NCBI RefSeq assembly: GCF_006345805.1
Contig: NW_021834209.1
Span: 1-50,759, forward strand
Direction: 5' to 3'
Source of the DNA: Octopus sinensis
Taxonomy: Eukaryota
Length of the DNA stretch: 50,759 nucleotides
Shown here: piece by piece, positions 13,151 to 25,708 of the stretch
How positions within the stretch are numbered: position 1 is the stretch's first letter
Layout of the letters: each line of letters opens with the position of its first letter
Notes under the pieces: generated by a model
What the model was told of the DNA's origin: nothing
Databases searched by the model: none
The model's input: only the letters and a program-made list of their open reading frames with translations
Program-made: the position numbers and the translations under genes

Positions 13151-16100
13151 TTACAGATTTATGCTTAAAATAGTGTCGTCTTTCATACTGACCATTTTTG
13201 CCACTTTTACCCACTTTTTATTAAAACATTCGTTCGACAAAGCCTTCCTCTCAATTCTCATCCTCCTTTTCAAGTGGTACTTGAAAAAAGTTGACGAGAG
13301 ACTGACCAGAGAGGAAGGTGTTTGTTTGCAGTCCTTTCAAACGCGTCCACCACACACATTCTTTCGCCACAGCCATCAGCGTAACGAAAACCGTTTTCCC
13401 TTCCCGTTTAAAGGAAGGTGGTGAAACAATATTCACGATAGACTCGGCTGATAGGCGAGCCCGACCTACACGCGACAACAGCTGTTCGACGAAGGACCAC
13501 AGCTCTGAAATATCTGGACACTGCACGAGTGCGTGCAGAACGGTTTCGTCGCTCTGACCGCATCTCGGGCAGGACGGTCCGGTGATGGTTTTCGAACCGT
13601 GTCTGTAGTTCTTCTCTCGAACAGGTAATGCGTCTCGATAGCACTGCCAAGCCAGGGATTTCTGGAAGTTATCCATAGGCCCCGGCCCGAACGTCGTCCT
13701 GAACAGGCGGGTTAGGAATTCTTCGTCGACGCCCAGGTTTGCCCCGAGTGTGTCGTCGGACCTCCCCTCCACTAGTCCTCTATAGAACGCTTTAGTCGTT
13801 TGTAAGTTGCACAAGTTTGACCCCGGTCGGCAGAGCTGCTGTAGAGCTTGGCGACACTCTCGGTGCCAATCGCCCAGTTTCGGTCTCTTTTTGATCCACG
13901 TTTGCTGTTCGGTCAGTGAGACGAGCTGCGGGAAGTCGCGCCTCACAAACGGCGCCCACACCTGTTCACCGTCGTCGATGAAGTTCCAGAGATGTCGCAG
14001 TCTCAGCGCATGCCTGCGCATCATCAACCACGGCATGCCCAGTCCTCCATTCAACGGATGTTGACAGCAAATGGACTTCCTCACCATCGGAACGCCACCC
14101 TTCCACAGGAAGCGGAAGAGTATGCGTTCCAGTTTGGTGATGGTGGCGTCGGGACAAGGTACGACGGTCAGGCGGTAATCGATGACGGATGCGATGTACG
14201 CGTTCGCCACCTCCGCCCGGCCTTTTAGAGACAGCTTTCTCTCGGCCCATGTTTGGCTGAGCGACCACTCTACTCGTGATCTCGTCCCAGTTCTTATCCA
14301 TTTGGAGGTCCGGACTGAACCAGACTCCGAGCAATTTAACCGGTCCGTCCGTCTAGCGTCCCACTACTGAGCCGCAGTCGGACGGCATGGGCTTGCTTCT
14401 CCAGGTGCCGAGTAGCAAACCCACTGACTTTTCCGGGTTAATCTTTGCTCCCGTCACCGTTTCGTATTTTCTTAGTGTCTCGCCTATCATCTTTGATGTG
14501 TTTGTCGCTCGACACTATGACGGTGACATCGTCCGCATATGCCGACACGCTCGTCCCGCAACCCAGTTCCCGTGGGATGCCCCTCAGTGTCGCCAGCTTC
14601 CGCAGTAGCGGCTCGAGAGTCAATACATACAGAAGCGCCGACAGGGCACACCCCTGACGGACCGAACGCGTGATGCCAAACGGTTTCGACAGATGACCGT
14701 TCACCCGAATCACCGATCGGATGCCGCTATACAAGGCAGCGATCCAACCGCGGCAGACGGGACCGAAGCCAGCCGCCCTGAGGACGGCCGCCAAGTACCG
14801 ATGGTCGACCCTATCGAAGGCTTTAGACTGATCCAAATTGATCAGTGCCCCACCCATGCCAGGATCCTTAACTACCCTGTCCACAATGTAGCGCATCAGA
14901 TGGAGGTTGTCATGTATGGTTCTGCCCGGCACGGCGCATGTTTGCGCCCTGTCGACCAGTTTACCAATGACAAACGCCAACCTCTCGGCTATTACTTTGG
15001 CCAAAATTTTCAAATCTGCGTTGAGCAGAGTGATGGGCCTGAAATTATCTATAAAATTCCCCTTGTTTGTGTCTTTCTTCAGCAACGTCACTGCACCACG
15101 GCTCACGAAACCGGGGATTCTCCCGTTTTGTTGCCAGTTGCAGTAGACTGATGCCAAGAGGTCGCCAAACAAGTCTGGCATTTGACAATACAGCTCGTAG
15201 GGTAAACCATCCAATCCAGGCGACTTATCCCTCGCGCAGCCCGCCATCGCATCTCGCACGTCAGCGGCTGTGATGGGACTTTCACAACACTCCGCTTCTC
15301 TTGCCGAGAGCCGCGGCAGGTCGGTCAGGTAGGCACTGAAATCCATCCCGCGTTGACCCACCACTCGCACCAAACAGTCGAGCAAAGTGCTGTTGAAAGC
15401 CTCACACATCCTTTCGGGTTCGAGTAAACTGCATCCCTGTTGATCTATTAAAGACCGAATGGTGGCTCTGTTTCCACGCTGCGCCTCCGCTACCCGGGCC
15501 TCTCGCGCAGCTTCGATCCCTTCGTTCCTTAAGGCACGCATTTTAGCTCTGACGACGCAACCTTCGTGCCTGGCGTTGAGGTGTTGGTCGAGGGCCATCC
15601 TCGCAGCCAGCACGTTGGTTGCGCTGCCAGTGGTAAATGCCTCTTCTAGTTTCTTAACTAAGTCTCCCTCTACTCTATTTCGTTCTATCGCTAATTCCTT
15701 GCCAAACCTAATTGATTCCGATTTTATTGCCATTTTCAGGGCGTACCACCAGCGGTTGTTAACGACGGCTCCCGTCAGCGCCCTCTTAATTAACTCGCTA
15801 ATCCGGTTCCTGTAAACCTGTCGCACTAACAGCGACGTGTTCAGTTTCCAGTAACCGGGACCCTGCCTATGTGTTTTATCTAAGTCGAGCGTACACGTAA
15901 CAAATTTGTGGTCTGTGTAGCTGACTATTTTAAATTGTGGACATCCTACACTATCCCTATCCGCTGTCCTGCATAGAATTCTATCTAGATAAGATCTCGA
16001 CGATCCGACGCGGTTTGTCCAAGTCTACGTTGGCACGTTCGGATGGTCGAGTCGGAACCTGTCAGACAAATGGAAACGTCTGAGCAGGTCTTTGAGGCTC

Positions 16101-16597
16101 TTACACCCCCTTCTATTCCTATCCCTTCCCACATAATCTACATGCGTGTCCAAGGTAGCGTTCCAATCCCCTACTCACAGTAAAGGTCTAGACGTACCCA
16201 GGAAAACCTCTAGACGTCTGAAGAAATCCGCCCGACCCATTAAGGACGGTGCATAAACTGCCATCAGACGGAATGCACACCCATTTCTGCCATCCACGTC
16301 CAAGACAACCAGCCTACCCTCCGGGTCTAGGAATATTACTCTTATTTTTACATTTAGACTCTTTCGAAAAGCACCGCGGTACCTCCACCACCCATGTTCG
16401 GCAGGCAGGGAGAAAAATAAATGTCAAATTGATTGCTAAACATGGACTCGAGGGCCCGCAGCTTACTGAGTCTGGTTTCACTGATAGCTACCTATATCCA
16501 CATTCAGTGACTTGATGTCGTTTAGAAGGTAACCTTGCTTCCAAGCCGACGCCAAGCCACGCGCATTCACACAACCTAATTTAAGCATACTTGACAT
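13151..16597 (-). pseudogene. Tx1 ORF2: APE endonuclease, reverse transcriptase and zf-RVT; several frameshifts
   Basis: Starts MSSMLKLGCVNARG (ATG at 16597). APE motifs GDWNA, RSYLDRI, TDHK. RT motifs KSPGLDG, NFRPITLLNADLKILAK, LDQSKAFDRVDH, SVRQGCALS, SAYADD. C-terminal CPRCGQSDETVLHALVQC. Pieces are ORFs 14438..15826, 13966..14334 and 13251..14210; stop TAA at 13151-13153 in the shifted frame. Confidence 0.92.
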
Positions 16598-16662
16598 TTA
16601 CGAAAATTGTGTTTTACACACTACATTAGAAGAGACAAGAGGCAAGAGGGGATGTCACTTAC

Positions 16663-18536
16663 TCATTTTAAAAGTTTCATTTTTTCTTCTTCTTTTGTAT
16701 TGTTTTTGATTAGGTGTTTGTATAGTTTTTTCGACAGGTATCGTTGAAACCCGCCTACCGCATTCGGAAATATTGTTTTCAGTATGTGGTGCTGTGCTTG
16801 TGTTATGTGTAAAATTCTGATGTGTTTCGGTGGTGTGGTGTGCGGATGATTGTTTGTCTTAAAGTCATCTTCACAGATGACCGTGCTGGATGTGATGTAG
16901 TCCATTAATTCTTTATTGCCTGTGTCTATTGCAGTTAGTTGTGTGTGTGGTTTTACAGTTTCATTGCTTTTTTGATTGTCTAGGGGGTTGTTGTCTGGAG
17001 TTAGATATCTCCCTGCTTTACTTCCTTGTTTGGTGGATCTTTTGGATCTTTTCCTTTTACCCCCTGTGGCTATTTGCCATTCCGTCGAACTTTCGTCGTC
17101 CGACGTATCAGTATGGGGTAGAGGCAAAGCATTTGCATTACTATGTATGCTTGTATAAATTGTTGATGTTTTGTGCGGTGTTGTTGTGGTGTTAGGGGTA
17201 GAATTTGTCTTCTCGTCACTGTTTTCTGTCTTTTAATTGTCATCCTCGGTGTGGGTGTTGGTCTATTTTTTGTTGATTCAACATGTTTAATTGGTTGTGA
17301 CGTCAACGGTGATTGTGTTGGTACTGTTTCTTTTCTTGGTGATGTTGTTGGGGTTTGTTTGCTGGTTTGTTGTTTTTCTTGGCATTGTTCCATAATTGAG
17401 TGTGTTGGTGTTGGTGTTGGCAACAAGGGCTTTTTATTTGTTTTCTGATTTGTTCTTTCTTGTTTTTTCTGTACCAGAGCGCACTTGGCAATTAAATGTT
17501 CGGGGCTGCCACAGTTGTAGCATCTAGGCTTTTTGCCTTCTGCTACAACATATAGGCATTGCCCATTTTCCAAGTGGATCTTATCCGGTAGGCTCTCGAT
17601 AGAGGCCCCCTCAATCTGTATGGTCACCACTATTGTCTTCCCACCCCAAATGTCGCCAAGGTACACGGCGGTTTCCAAAATGTTGATATTTTTAAAATGG
17701 TAACAGATTGCCCCTGTTATCCATTTGTTAGGAATCTCGGGAGGTACATTTTTAATAGTGATTCGACTCACTCTCTGGTTTTTATAGTATGGGACCATGA
17801 TGATTTTATCATTTCCCAGAGACTCAGTAGAGTGAGCTTTTGCCACTTCCTGGTTAGGGAAGCGGACCACTACTGTGTTAAACTGGGGACCCCAGTTTAT
17901 ATATTCTTTTTCTTTCATTATGTTTTTTAAGCATTTTTCTACATCCGTTTTTGTAATCTGTTCATTTAGTTTTTTGTTTTTTCTTATAATTTTATAAATA
18001 ATTGTCTTATTTTCTATTTCTTGCTTTATGTGTTGAGGTGCATGCAGCACTAAATCTTGTCCACGGGTTGTAAAGAGAGCTCTTGTTTCTATGAGCTCTT
18101 CATTTGTAAATATTACAATCTCCTTCTTCTGGCGCAGAGTGTCGGCGAAATTTACTGGTGTTGTTGATTTTTTTGTATTAACATCTTCACTATTAGATAG
18201 TTCATTTTTATTGTTGTTCTTGTTGTTGCTGTTGTTTTTGTCAATAGTTTTCGTGTGAGTTTTATTTTTATCATTTATGTTGGTGGTGGTGGTGGTGGTG
18301 GTGGTGGTGGAGGTGGTGGTGGTAGCAGTAGTAGTCTCGTGGTTGCTGTTGTTAGTGGTGGTGGTGGTGGTGACAGGGCTGTTACCGCACGTGGTTGCAG
18401 CGTTCATTCCACCGATATTCATGTTTGCACTTTCCGTGCATGTGTTCTTTTTTTCTTCTCCTAGCGTTTCCAAACTAGGAAAATGCTGGTCCATAAAGGA
18501 ACGCGACCAGCGTTCTACAATAAAATTTCTCGACAT
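16663..18536 (-). pseudogene. Tx1 ORF1 (Gag-like nucleic-acid-binding protein with zinc knuckle), one apparent frameshift near 17100-17130
   Basis: ORF 17070..18536 contains CYNCGSPEHLIAKC (CX2CX4HX4C) and a Thr/Asn low-complexity N-terminus. ORF 16663..17127 continues it (EWQIATGGKRKRSKR basic motif) and stops just upstream of the ORF2 ATG. Confidence 0.8.
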
Positions 18537-18729
18537 TTTCTAATGTCGAGAAGAAAATTACAGAAATGGGGTTGAAACTGCCCCTAGGGGCGAATTCCTC
18601 CCTTGGAAAAGCACTCAAACGAAAGTTGGGTGCCTTACACACCTTATTTGCAAAAATGTACACAAAATATGGGCTATAAATAGTCAAAATAAACGATTAC
18701 CTTCGGAGCCGAAGTGACAGCACGTTCGT

Positions 18730-18811
<82 letters not shown>

Positions 18812-18842
18812 GATAGATAGATATAGATAGATAGATAGATAG

Positions 18843-18892
<50 letters not shown>

Positions 18893-19050
18893 ACTAATGA
18901 ACAGACATACATTCGAACAGAGCAACTGACAGATAGATAGTTAAATAGATAAGCAGACACAGAGATAGACAGACGGACACCCATAAATATTGAGAGACGA
19001 ATAGAAAGAGAGATAGATAGATATGTAGACAGTTGAATGGATAGGTAGAT

Positions 19051-20054
19051 AACCTTCTTTATTGGCCACACAAGGCTGAACACAGAGGGGACAAATACAA
19101 ATGTAGAGTTTTTCTTTTCGGAAATGAAAAACAAAAAGGGAATAAAAGAGAAAAAGATACAATTCCGATCAAAAGGGATCGTGTATCACAGAAGAATTTT
19201 AAAAATGTAAAAAGCAAGATTAAGTTTATCCGTGGAAAGAAAAGCCTACGGAAAAGACCACGCTAACCACAGACAGGAAGGGAATAAACACGAGAGCAAA
19301 GTGCTCTCCCTCTCTCTTTTTTCGATTTACAGAATCATTCTCAAATTGGTCTCGTCACTCGCACGCACCATCTTTGCTACATTCATCCACCTTTTTCCGA
19401 AACTTTCACGAGACAAAACCTGCCTCTCCATTCTCCTTTTCCTTTTCAAGTGGTACTTGAAAAAGTTGATCAGCGATTGGCCATAGAGGTAAGTGTTTTT
19501 CTCTAATCCTTTCGCTCGAGTCTACCACACATTCTTTCACCATGGCCACCAGTACGATGAAGACTGCCTTGCCTTCCCGGCTGAGGGAAGGTAGCGGGAC
19601 AGTTGTGAAGATAGACTCGGCCGAGAGGCGGGCTCGTCCCACACGTGACAGCAGCCGTTCAGCATAAGCCCAGAGGTTCGAAATAGCTGGACACTGCACG
19701 AATGCGTGCTGAACGGTTTCGTCTCTCTGGCTGCATCTCGGGCAAGTCGGTCTGATGTGTCTCGAACCATGCCTGTAGAGCTTATCACGAACAGGTAATG
19801 CTTCTCGATAGCACTGCCAGGCCAGGGATCTTTGATGATTGCCTATAGGTCCTGGCCCGAAAGTTATCCTGAACAGGCAGATCAAGTGTCTCTCGTCGAC
19901 GCCCAGATTCTGCCCGAGAACGTCGTCGCACCTCCTCTCCACTAATCTTCTATAGAACGCCTTTGTTGTAATGAAGTCGGACGGCAGAGTTGCTTGAGAG
20001 CAACGCGACACTCGCGGTGTCATTCGCATAGCCTCGGTCTCTGCTTGATCCACG
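19051..20054 (-). mobile_element. 5'-truncated Tx1 LINE, related but distinct subfamily (ORF2 C-terminus plus 3' UTR)
   Basis: ORF 19406..20053 aligns by eye with 13251..14210 (TTKAFYR, FGPGP, SLAWQCYR.ALPVR, CPRCSQRDETVQHAFVQC). The 3' end AATAAAGAAGG is followed by degenerate (TATC)n. Confidence 0.9.
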
Positions 20055-20234
20055 ACTGCAGCTTATAATTTAGTATTCGCTTTCCGTTTACATCTATAAA
20101 GGAAATTATTCTAACACGTCCTACCGTCGGATGATCTCTCATCATTAATGGATAAAAACATTCGAATCTTTATCCCCTGCAAGAGAACTTCTGACGATTA
20201 GCTATTTAAAGCAAGCACAAACTAGAACGTTGCT

Positions 20235-20283
20235 TCTACCTACCTACCTACCTACCTACCTACCTACCTACCTACCTACCTAC

Positions 20284-20333
<50 letters not shown>

Positions 20334-20454
20334 GTCTGTCTGTCTGGCTGTCTGTCAGCCTGTCTACCTATCTATCACCACCACCACCATCACCACCACC
20401 ACCACCATCACCATCACCACCACCACCACCACCACCGCAGGCGCTACTCCCACC

Positions 20455-20500
<46 letters not shown>

Positions 20501-20526
20501 TACTATTACTACTACTACTACTACTA

Positions 20527-20560
<34 letters not shown>

Positions 20561-20667
20561 CTCTTTGTCGTTGTTGTCGTCCTGCTTGATATACCATTCA
20601 TCGCTACTCCTACCAACACATTCATCAACAATCGTCAACGCACATCATCATCATCATTAACAACGTT

Positions 20668-20704
<37 letters not shown>

Positions 20705-20910
20705 ACAACATCATCATCGTTGTCGTCGTCGTCGTCTGCAGCACCGGCAGCAGCTGAAGCAAATTCTTCTCCTGCTTCTTTACCTGTCTTCCTTACAATA
20801 ACAACTCCTGGAATATAACTCCATCGCCGCCACCACCACCACCACCACCACCATCACCGGCACTCCCCACCACCACTATTTCCACTGCCATTACGACAAC
20901 AACCACCTTC
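20235..20910. repeat. Cascade of tetra- and trinucleotide repeats (CCTA)n-(TCTA)n-(CAC)n-(CTA)n-(CAT)n
   Basis: Seen directly. Confidence 0.95.
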
Positions 20911-21072
20911 CCATATAAATTCTCTTAAATGTCACTGTAAATATAAATATTAAAAAAAGTAAAAAAAAAAAGGATCCTCCGTCGATGAACTACGATTCAC
21001 TGATTTATATTGAAAGTGGCTGAATATTTCAAATATTGTTAATGTAAGATTCAGAAAGAGTTAATGTGGCAT

Positions 21073-21570
21073 GTGAAGGCGTCTGGCTTAGTGGTTAGGG
21101 GCATTCGACTCACGATCTTACAAGCGTGAGTTCAAATCCCTGCGACGCATTGTGTCCTTGAGCAAGACACATTATTTACATTTCACAGATATTTTTTCTT
21201 ATTTAGTTTGTTGTTAGCACAACGTTTCAGCTGATATATTCTCCTGTATTCATCACGTGTCCTGAGCAAATTTCGAACCTGGGTTCGAAATATCCGTCAA
21301 ATGTAAACAGTATACATAATTCCTCATCTCTCAAATATAGAACTTTATTTCACGTTGCTCCAGTCCACTCAGCTGGCAAAAATGAGTTGCAGCTGTATTT
21401 TAAAGGGGCCAGCTTTATCACACTGTATGTCACGCTGAATCTCCCTGAGAACTACGTTAGGGGTACACGTGTCTGTGGATTACTCAGCCACTTACACATT
21501 AATTTCACGAGAAAGCTGTTCCGCTGATCGTATCAGCTGGGCCCCTCGTCGTCGTAACCGATGGAGTGCT
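21073..21570 (+). mobile_element. tRNA-derived SINE family S3, interrupted by a fold-back insert at about 21175-21341
   Basis: gtgaaggcgtctggcttagtggttagg (A box)...gagttcaaatccc (B box)...ccttgagcaagacac, then the insert, then tttatttcacgttgctccagtccactcagctgg...cgtcgtaaccgatgg. Homologous to 44955-45275. Confidence 0.85.
21175..21341 (-). mobile_element. Small fold-back insert with a degraded hammerhead-like motif, nested in a SINE
   Basis: Inverted 20-mers tttacatttcacagatattt / aaatatccgtcaaatgtaaa. Minus strand ACAC-GUGAUGA-...CAGCU-GAAA-CGUU-GUG. Flanks acattattt / actttattt resemble a TSD. Confidence 0.6.
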
Positions 21571-21814
21571 TAAGGAAAAAGTGTGCCGTGGTTGGACTGT
21601 AATATTACAGTCTTCCGTACAGTTTCCTTCTGTCTAGATTCACTTCCAACCACCGAGTACTTCAGCATACCATAGCCATCACTCTAATTACTTACATTTG
21701 GAACGAAAGGAAGAAGAAAGAAAGCATCGTTTTTTTTTCTACCGAAAATGATACACACACACACAGACACACAGACACACACACAGACACACAGACACAC
21801 ACACAGACACACAG

Positions 21815-21846
<32 letters not shown>

Positions 21847-22046
21847 CTGTATAGATACACACACACACACATATATATATATATCTATATATATCTATAT
21901 ATATATATATACACATATATATTCGTATGACTATACATACACACACGCACATATATATATATTTACGATAATTTACCCATTTTTATGATTAAATACAACT
22001 TTCTAAGACTTGATATGTTATGATGAAACAGATGTATTTAGCTGCA

Positions 22047-22143
<97 letters not shown>

Positions 22144-23653
22144 ATATATACACAAACACATATACGTATGTGTGTGTGTATGTATGTACGCATGCGTAGT
22201 ATAAATGTGTGAGATATTTAGCGTAGGTCTCACCACTTCACAACTTCTGAATTGAATAATGCATGTTTGTTTCGTTGTAGTTTTGATTAAAAATCACAGC
22301 TGCTTTATTTTGAGATTTATCAGTTGTAAGGGGCAAGTTTTGATAAAATATGCTTTGAACATCTGGCTGTAATATTAATAAAGATCGTATTTGTATGCCC
22401 TCTAGACAAATTAGCACCTCAGCATGTATTCTCGTCTGCTGACGGTTTCAATGTGTTTTACATTTCCTGCCTCTCTTTGATATCAACTGATTTCGGGGAA
22501 AGAGGCGCAACACTGAAATGTATCTTTTCAGTTGTGTATGTTCCAGGTATGTTGGTTGTTGTATTAAAGAAAGCCGCATCATTGCGTAGCTTTTAATAAA
22601 GATTACACAAAGAAACTATGAAGTAATGATATATATCAGCGCTAACCATGCTTTAGTTTTCAACCTTTGATGTCAATGAAATTCAATCCGGTTACATTTC
22701 ACCATTAGATATTGTTAGATATTGCAATGCTGGCATTAATTGAGTATCTTTTATTTTTCAATTATCTCACAAAATGTTTTCGTTATATAATAAAGCACTT
22801 CGTAAACAGTGGCATCGAGGTGTAATAAGGTTTTGCGGCCTCCTCATTGCTTCGCTTCATTTCTGATGACGACAATAACAAGGGTGGGACCCAATAACTG
22901 TAGAGAAATAAATACCACAAGGCATATTTATTTAACTGCATCGCTTAATTGCCTTTATTACGCACGTATACATGTTTCATCTATACTTAATCACCCACGC
23001 ATACACACGTGCATATACAATGAGCTTCTGTATAGTTTCCGTCTACCCAAACTTACATGGTATTAGCAGCAGACATTTACTATTTACCGCGCAGTAGGGG
23101 GCTAATCCGGAAACACGGGGCTGCACAGTGAACTTCTTAAGCATGGGGCAACCTTGATAATTGTGATTTAGAAATTCGGTTGCGAACGGCGACGAAAGAA
23201 CTTTGACTAACAAACTAACGATCGAGTATTTAACGAGCACATTAAAAAAACGATCGATTTGGTTAGTTGGTTAGATATTTAACCAAGTGACTAACAATAA
23301 AGAAGTGATATGGAACCAGTGCGTGTGTTATCTCAAAACACAACACGATGTAATTTAAAGAATATGAATTAAAATTGATAACTCTTCTGCGAGAAAATTC
23401 GTATGAAAATATTTCACTATTTGAATTATAATACTCAGTATATTTTAATCGGTTTCGTCGACTACTCAGATAATATAGTGTGGACAATGGTCCCCTAATG
23501 AGGTCAGAATAATATCGAAGCATATCAGGAGCTTTCAGTTTTACTTACTACAAAATGAAAATATTTAGTAATCGCTATTAAGTAACATACGACATAAATG
23601 TCTGTTGTTTGACTTCCCCAATCACGCTACACATTGTGTGTGTGTGTATATAT

Positions 23654-23739
<86 letters not shown>

Positions 23740-23895
23740 GAGTGGGGAATACATAAGAGAGTTATCATTAGAGAGTTATCAAGATGTGTGTTATATAACT
23801 TGCTTTCAAACACACATTTTATTTTATGTGCGACGCAGAAAAGGCTTTTCGATGGAGTAAATTGTGATTATGTAAATAAGGCTAGAAAATTAACT

Positions 23896-24262
23896 GGCGT
23901 GGCTGTATGGTACAAAGCTAGCTTCCCAACCACATGGTTCTGGGTCTGTCCCACTACGTGGTAGCTTCTGCTGTTGTCTTCTGCTGTAGGCTCGGGCCGA
24001 CCAAAGCCTTGTTGACGGAAACTGAAAGAAGCCAGTTGTGTATACATATATATATATATGCATATATCTATGTAAGAGACATTGTGCGTGTGCTTGTACC
24101 CCCTCACACACACCGCTTGGCAGCGGTGTTGATTTGTTTATGTCCCCGTTAACGGTTTAACAAAATCAATCGACAGAATAATAACCAGACTTTAAAATTT
24201 AAGTACTGGGGTCGATTTGCTCCACTGCACGGCTGCAGTCCAATGATTGAAATAAATAAATG
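23896..24262 (+). mobile_element. tRNA-derived SINE family S2 (internal TA/TG microsatellite)
   Basis: ggcgtggctgtatggt...cccaaccacatggttctggg...ctcgggccgaccaaagccttg...gacggaaactgaaagaagc...agtactggggtcgattt. Confidence 0.8.
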
Positions 24263-24319
24263 ATAATAAAAAAGATTAAAAAAGAAAATGAGTGATATTT
24301 TGGGAAAATAATTATTACC

Positions 24320-24705
24320 AGCCACATGGTTCCGAGTTCAGTCCCACTGCGTGGCACCTTGGCTAAGTGTCTTCTACTAAAGCCTCGGGCCGACCAAAGA
24401 CTTGTGAGTAGACGGAAACTGAAAGAAGCTCGTTGTATATATGTATATATCTATATGTATATATATGTGTGTGTATGTGTGTGTATATGTTTGTGTGTCT
24501 GTGTTTGTCCCCCCCACCCCCACATCGCTTGACAACCGAAGCTGGTGTGTTTACGTCCCTGTAACTTAGCGGTTCGGCAAAAAAGACCGATAGAATAAGT
24601 ACGAAGCGTACAAAGAATAAGTCCTGGAGTCGATTTGCTCGACTAAAGGCGGTGCTCCAGCATGGCCGCAGTCAAATGACTGAAATAAGTTAAAGAGTAA
24701 AAGAG
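24320..24705 (+). mobile_element. SINE family S2
   Basis: ccacatggttccgagttcagtcccactgcgtggcaccttgg through ggcggtgctccagcatggccgcagtcaaatgactgaaa, with a short A-rich tail. Confidence 0.88.
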
Positions 24706-25562
24706 TAAACGATATTGCTTCATGTATGTGTGTGTGTGTGCGCGCGCACGCACGTTGTATGTAATTATTCCGAAATAGTGTAACAGGGGCGATAATCATG
24801 GATTTTGATCGCCGTCGGATGTTGCTAAGATGTTCTCAGGAACTGATGTTAACAAATGGCAATAATGATTAGAAGAGATTAGTGAAGCAACCAGTGTGCT
24901 TGGATATAATACTACGTTGATCCCGCTCAGACAACGCTCAAAACAATTCGCCATTCTATATTGGGGTTGGTGTCTGGGCAATTATGAACTGACATCTTGA
25001 TTTATTCCATTGAATACAAATGAATGCAAATAAAATAAGAAATGGAATAAAATTTTGGCAACATCATAATTATATCATGGAGGTTTGCCAGAAAACAATA
25101 ACTATATTTATCTGCTATGACTTTAAATACAACATCTGTGATATAAATTCGTGTGATGAATGGCTTTTATTTTCAATAAACCAAAGATTATATGTCTGAA
25201 GCGGGATGGTGGCATGGATACGGTGGTCTGAAATGGTAATGCCTTATGTAAATGAACCAACGGTGTAAGGAAAGTGGTTGGTTAGAGATCGGGGATGGAA
25301 AACCGCAACGGATTGTTACTCCATATTCACTGTAAAAATGGTGAACGGCGGCGGTGGTGGTGGTGGTGAAGGCGGGTTAGTATTTACGGTTAAACATTGG
25401 GGAACAGGGGCAGACCGAAATCGCAAAATGCTTCTTCCCTGCTACAAGCACTGAGAATGCTGTCAGTTCTCTAATCTTTACTGGTCTAAATTACCAAAAT
25501 GTGACCGGCCCAGGGCCTTGTGAGTGAATGTACTTAATGGAAACTGTGAGGAAGCTAGCTGC

Positions 25563-25600
<38 letters not shown>

Positions 25601-25673
25601 AATGTGACCACGTGTATACCGTTGGCGATTTTTTTCCTCCGTCTTCCCTTCCTTGGATCTTTCCTTTTCCTAT

Positions 25674-25708
25674 GTTTCTGACGAAGAGCTCCGCTCGAAA
25701 CGTTAAAT
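25674..25708 (+). ncRNA. Minimal type I hammerhead ribozyme-like motif with intact core, in a ~215-bp element (25597-25812) in (TA)n
   Basis: GUUU-CUGACGA-A-GAGC-UCC-GCUC-GAAA-CGUU-AAAU; the palindrome AACGUU replaces stem III. Confidence 0.7.

Larger units (their letters stand above)
12851..18730 (-). mobile_element. Near-full-length Tx1-clade (L1 group) non-LTR retrotransposon
   Basis: Short 5' UTR, ORF1 with a CCHC knuckle, ORF2 with APE endonuclease, RT and C-terminal zinc finger, then a 3' UTR ending AATAAAAAG followed by (TATC)n. The 5' end abuts (TA)n. Confidence 0.92.

Noticed and set aside
13318-16515. Plus-strand ORFs overlapping the Tx1 ORF2
   Set aside because: Antisense shadows of a GC-rich coding region, with no motifs.
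22438-22535. Imperfect hairpin with CUGAAAA...GAAACCGUC on the minus strand (hammerhead or pre-miRNA)
   Set aside because: Stem I does not pair and the hairpin is too bulged; no known miRNA recognised.
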